DNA from: Gemmatimonadota bacterium
GTDB taxonomy: Bacteria; Gemmatimonadota; Gemmatimonadetes; Gemmatimonadales; GWC2-71-9
Length of the DNA stretch: 64,000 bases
Assembly (NCBI GenBank): GCA_039588295.1
Contig: JBDHAB010000003.1
Coordinates: 64,001 to 128,000, forward strand
Direction: 5' to 3'
Position numbers and translations under genes: made by a program
Shown here: positions 60,965 to 64,000 of the stretch, piece by piece
Numbering within the stretch: the first letter of the stretch is position 1
How the letters are laid out: every line of letters begins with the position of its first letter
Notes under the pieces: generated by a model
What the model was told of the DNA's origin: nothing
Database searches by the model: none
The model's input: only the letters and a program-made list of their open reading frames with translations

Positions 60965-61344
60965 CGACACTCGGTCTTGGCTTGGATCTGGTGGACGTGT
61001 CGCGAGTTGCGCGACTCCTCGAACGGTACGGGGACCGGGCACTCCGGCGCCTCCTGACCGAGGACGAGCGTGATTACTGCATGAGGCAAGCGTTTCCCGC
61101 GCAGCATGTAGCGGCGCGGCTCGCCGCGAAGGAGGCGGCCTTCAAGGCGCTGGCGCAGCACTCGGGCGATCACGCTATCGGCTGGCGGGAACTCGAGGTC
61201 CGGCGCGGTCACGACGGCCGCCCAACGCTGGCGCTACACGGGCGCGCCCGCGACGTGGCCGACCGACTGCGCGTCAGGTCGTCCTTGCTATCGTTGACTC
61301 ACGTGTCCAGCCACGCAGCAGCCGTCGTGATGCTCTTGGGCTAA
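60961..61344 (+). CDS. acpS: Holo-[acyl-carrier-protein] synthase
   Basis: GLGLDLVDVSR, AARLAAKEAAFKAL, GRP, LSLTH. GTG 60961. Confidence 0.93.
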   Translation: MTTLGLGLDLVDVSRVARLLERYGDRALRRLLTEDERDYCMRQAFPAQHVAARLAAKEAAFKALAQHSGDHAIGWRELEVRRGHDGRPTLALHGRARDVADRLRVRSSLLSLTHVSSHAAAVVMLLG

Positions 61345-61444
61345 CCGTAGCGCTGGTGTGCCTGCCTCAACGAGCCTCTCCGCTCGAGCCGTTGCAAACC
61401 CGAGTGGCGGAGTCTACATTCCGCGCCCAATCATTAGCGAGGTT

Positions 61445-63460
61445 ATGCATTTGTCGGTCACTCGGCTCCGCCGCGGGTTCATCGCGGCCCTGACGCTCGG
61501 CGCCGCAACGAGCGCGGCTGCCCAGGACGGCCAGGGCGCGGTTGCCGCGCGCCGTATCGCCGATGTGACCGCGATCTCGCTGGCGGAGTACGCCGAAGGG
61601 GTCGAAGGCGGCATGGTTGTGCGCCCCGAGGAGTTCCGGGAAGCGCGGCTCTTCCTCATGGAGGTGCGCGAGACCGTTGCCGAGCTGCCCGGCGCGGTGC
61701 AGCCCGCAGTGAGGGACCATCTCGATCGCATCGAGGCCGGGGTGACGGCGCTTCGCTCCGAGGCGGACCTCCTGGTCCTCATGGCGGAGCTGCGGCAGAC
61801 GCTCGAGACTGCGCTCGACGTCCGCCTCGATCCGCTCCCCATGCGTGCGCCATCGCTGGCCCGAGGGGCAGCCATTTATGCGGAGAACTGCGCACAGTGT
61901 CATGGCGCGTCCGGTGCAGGAGACGGACCGGCAGCACAGGCATTGAATCCCCCGCCCGCTGATCTCTCCGATCGCACGGCATTACGCGCTGCCACACCGA
62001 TCGAGTTTCTCCGCAAGCTCAACGTTGGGGTAGCCGGAACGGCGATGCCCGGCTTCGCCGACCTGATCGAACTGGACGACCGCTGGGCCGTGGTAGCCTA
62101 TGTGACCGCGCTTCGCTTCGCGGCTGCAGACACGGCGCGGGGGAGAGACTTCATGGAGCGGGTCTGCACGGGCTGTGTTGGCTTGGTGGGAGACTATGCG
62201 TCCACCGTCAGCCTGTCGGACGATTCCCTTGCTGCTCTGATCCGCGTCAGTTCGGAGAGCCGTCTTGACGACACGACCCTCGCCGCGCTGGTGGCCTACG
62301 GTCGCTCGGCAGGTGCAGCCGAGAACCTCGGGCGAGACAACACGGCACGTATGGCGGCGGCCGTGGCGCGAAGCAAGCAGCTCCTACGCCAGGCGGTGGA
62401 CCAAGCGGGGCGTGGGGAGACCCGCCGCGCCAACCGGACGGCGCTGAACGCGTATCTCGCATTCGAGCGTGTGGAGACGCTTGCGCGCGTGAAGGATCCC
62501 GCGGCAACTCGCCGGCTCGAGTCAGAATTCTCTGCACTCCGTCGTGATATCCAGACGGGTGTGGGTGTCGAGCCACTGGCGCTGCGGCACAGCGCCGTCG
62601 AGAACGCACTCGACTCCGTCCTGGACCAAATGCTGGAGCGTACCTCGCTGCCGGTGCTGCTGGGGCAGTCCCTGATCATCATGCTCCGAGAGGGGATTGA
62701 GGCGATCCTCATTGTCGGAGCGCTCGTGGCGTTCCTTGCCAAAGCGGGCGCGTCCGAGCGGAAGCGAGATATCGGCATTGGCGTGCTGGCCGCCGTCGGA
62801 GCCAGCGTGGTGACCGCCGCGGCGTTCGCTACGGTATTTCGAGCTGCGACAGCCCACCAGGAGTTGCTCGAGGGGCTCACCATGCTCGTTGCCGCTGCGG
62901 TGCTCTTCTGGGTTTCCTATTGGCTGGTCTCGAAAGTGGAACTCCGCAAGTGGCAAGCGTTCGTACGAGACCGTATGCAGCAAGCGCTCGCGAGCCGACG
63001 TCAATGGGCGCTGGCGGCGGTGGCCTTCCTAGCCGTGTACCGAGAGGGGTTCGAGACCGTGTTGTTTTACGCCGCGCTGTTCACAACCGCTGATGGGCCC
63101 GCGGCGGTCGGCGCAGTGGTGGCGGGGATGCTGATCAGCGCGGTTCTGCTCGTAATTCTCTATGCGGTCATGCAGCGCTACAGCGGTCGGCTGCCACTTC
63201 GGCCGTTCTTTGCGGTCACGAGTGCGCTGCTGTACGTGATGGCATTCAGTTTTGCCGGCCGGGCAATTGCTGAACTCCAGGAAGCCGGCATCGTCTCCGC
63301 CACGCCGCTCGCGTGGCTCCCCTCGGTGCCTGCCCTCGGCATCTATCCGACCTATCAGAGTTTCTTGGTCCAGCTCTTCGTGGGGGCGGCCCTCGTCGCG
63401 GCGTTGGTGTGGGTGTTCTGGCTCCAGCCAAGAACAGCGCAGGTGGCCCGAAGGACGTAA
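61445..63460 (+). CDS. Cytochrome c / FTR1 iron permease fusion (PbrT/EfeU-like)
   Basis: Signal peptide; heme motif CAQCH; two REGxE motifs (LREGIE, YREGFE); ELQEAG. Confidence 0.9.
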   Translation: MHLSVTRLRRGFIAALTLGAATSAAAQDGQGAVAARRIADVTAISLAEYAEGVEGGMVVRPEEFREARLFLMEVRETVAELPGAVQPAVRDHLDRIEAGVTALRSEADLLVLMAELRQTLETALDVRLDPLPMRAPSLARGAAIYAENCAQCHGASGAGDGPAAQALNPPPADLSDRTALRAATPIEFLRKLNVGVAGTAMPGFADLIELDDRWAVVAYVTALRFAAADTARGRDFMERVCTGCVGLVGDYASTVSLSDDSLAALIRVSSESRLDDTTLAALVAYGRSAGAAENLGRDNTARMAAAVARSKQLLRQAVDQAGRGETRRANRTALNAYLAFERVETLARVKDPAATRRLESEFSALRRDIQTGVGVEPLALRHSAVENALDSVLDQMLERTSLPVLLGQSLIIMLREGIEAILIVGALVAFLAKAGASERKRDIGIGVLAAVGASVVTAAAFATVFRAATAHQELLEGLTMLVAAAVLFWVSYWLVSKVELRKWQAFVRDRMQQALASRRQWALAAVAFLAVYREGFETVLFYAALFTTADGPAAVGAVVAGMLISAVLLVILYAVMQRYSGRLPLRPFFAVTSALLYVMAFSFAGRAIAELQEAGIVSATPLAWLPSVPALGIYPTYQSFLVQLFVGAALVAALVWVFWLQPRTAQVARRT

Positions 63461-63528
63461 GCGCCATCCGGTCACTTGCAGCCGCTTTGCCGGCGGGCAA
63501 CCTTTGACTGTCAGTCAAGGGGTCGAGA

Positions 63529-64000
63529 ATCCGTCGCGACTTTCTTCCCTTGGTACGGCGCGCGCTTGCCGCCCGGTACACCGTCGATCGCGAGATCGCG
63601 CGGGGAGGTGCCGCGTGTGTGTTCTTGGCATATGACAAGAGTGGGGTGCCCGTCGCGCTGAAGGTCCTGCACCCGCAACTAGCGGGATCGGTGGCGACCG
63701 ACCGATTCCTTCGCGAAATCTCGTTTCTCTCCGACATCGATCATCCTCGGATCGGTAAGCTCCTCGACTATGGCGAGAGCGACTGGTTGGTCTACTACGT
63801 TTTGGGATATGTCGAGGGACGCACGCTGCGTGAGCGCCTTGCGGGAGTACCTGCGGTGTCGATCTCGGATACCTGGCAGATCGCGGACGACCTCCTTCAG
63901 GCCCTGGAGTACGCTCATCAAAAGAGCATCATGCATCGCGACGTCAAGCCGGAGAACATCGTCTTGTCGCGCGAGGGTGCCATCCTGTTGGACTTCGGCA
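63529..64000 (+). CDS. Hanks-type Ser/Thr protein kinase, truncated by the window end
   Basis: IARGGAACVF, VALKVL, RFLREI, HPRI, HRDVKPENI, LDFG. Start is ATC 63529 or TTG 63550. Not in the ORF track because there is no stop in the window. Confidence 0.9.
   Translation, partial: MRRDFLPLVRRALAARYTVDREIARGGAACVFLAYDKSGVPVALKVLHPQLAGSVATDRFLREISFLSDIDHPRIGKLLDYGESDWLVYYVLGYVEGRTLRERLAGVPAVSISDTWQIADDLLQALEYAHQKSIMHRDVKPENIVLSREGAILLDFG

Noticed and set aside
61425..61445. Fur box upstream of the FTR1 fusion
   Set aside because: Only a half-site-like AATCATTAGC is present, with no convincing 19-bp inverted repeat.

Overview
High-GC, gene-dense bacterial chromosomal segment. Gene content and style suggest Gemmatimonadota (inference). 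It holds about 50 CDS, mostly housekeeping, and I saw no rRNA, tRNA, CRISPR array, transposase or prophage. Main blocks: metH plus yitJ-like methionine synthesis; trehalose genes (TreT-YHS, GalT-like, OtsB); HDAC-family deacetylase; Kgd-type 2-oxoglutarate dehydrogenase; AAA/vWA pair; fdhD / nuoEF-like / formate dehydrogenase / cysteine desulfurase; LON-N / glcDEF / ygfZ / NRAMP-like operon; sigma-70 factor; aroB-like; tamA / tamB / DAGK through acpS; cytochrome c-FTR1 fusion; partial Ser/Thr kinase. Signals the ORF track misses: (1) an in-frame UGA with a SECIS hairpin, making the FDH a 915-aa selenoprotein coupled to its own PLP desulfurase; (2) a SAM-II riboswitch wired to an intrinsic terminator/antiterminator upstream of metH; (3) an AT-rich cluster of DnaA-box-like and IHF-like sites (oriC-like) upstream of the sigma factor; (4) an in-frame UAG splitting the HDAC gene before its catalytic Tyr; (5) probable non-canonical CTG and ATC starts; (6) an AroB homologue and a Tat-exported GH38-like protein lacking catalytic residues; (7) degenerate periodic palindromic repeats, one inside a gene; (8) a missed 58-aa lipoprotein.
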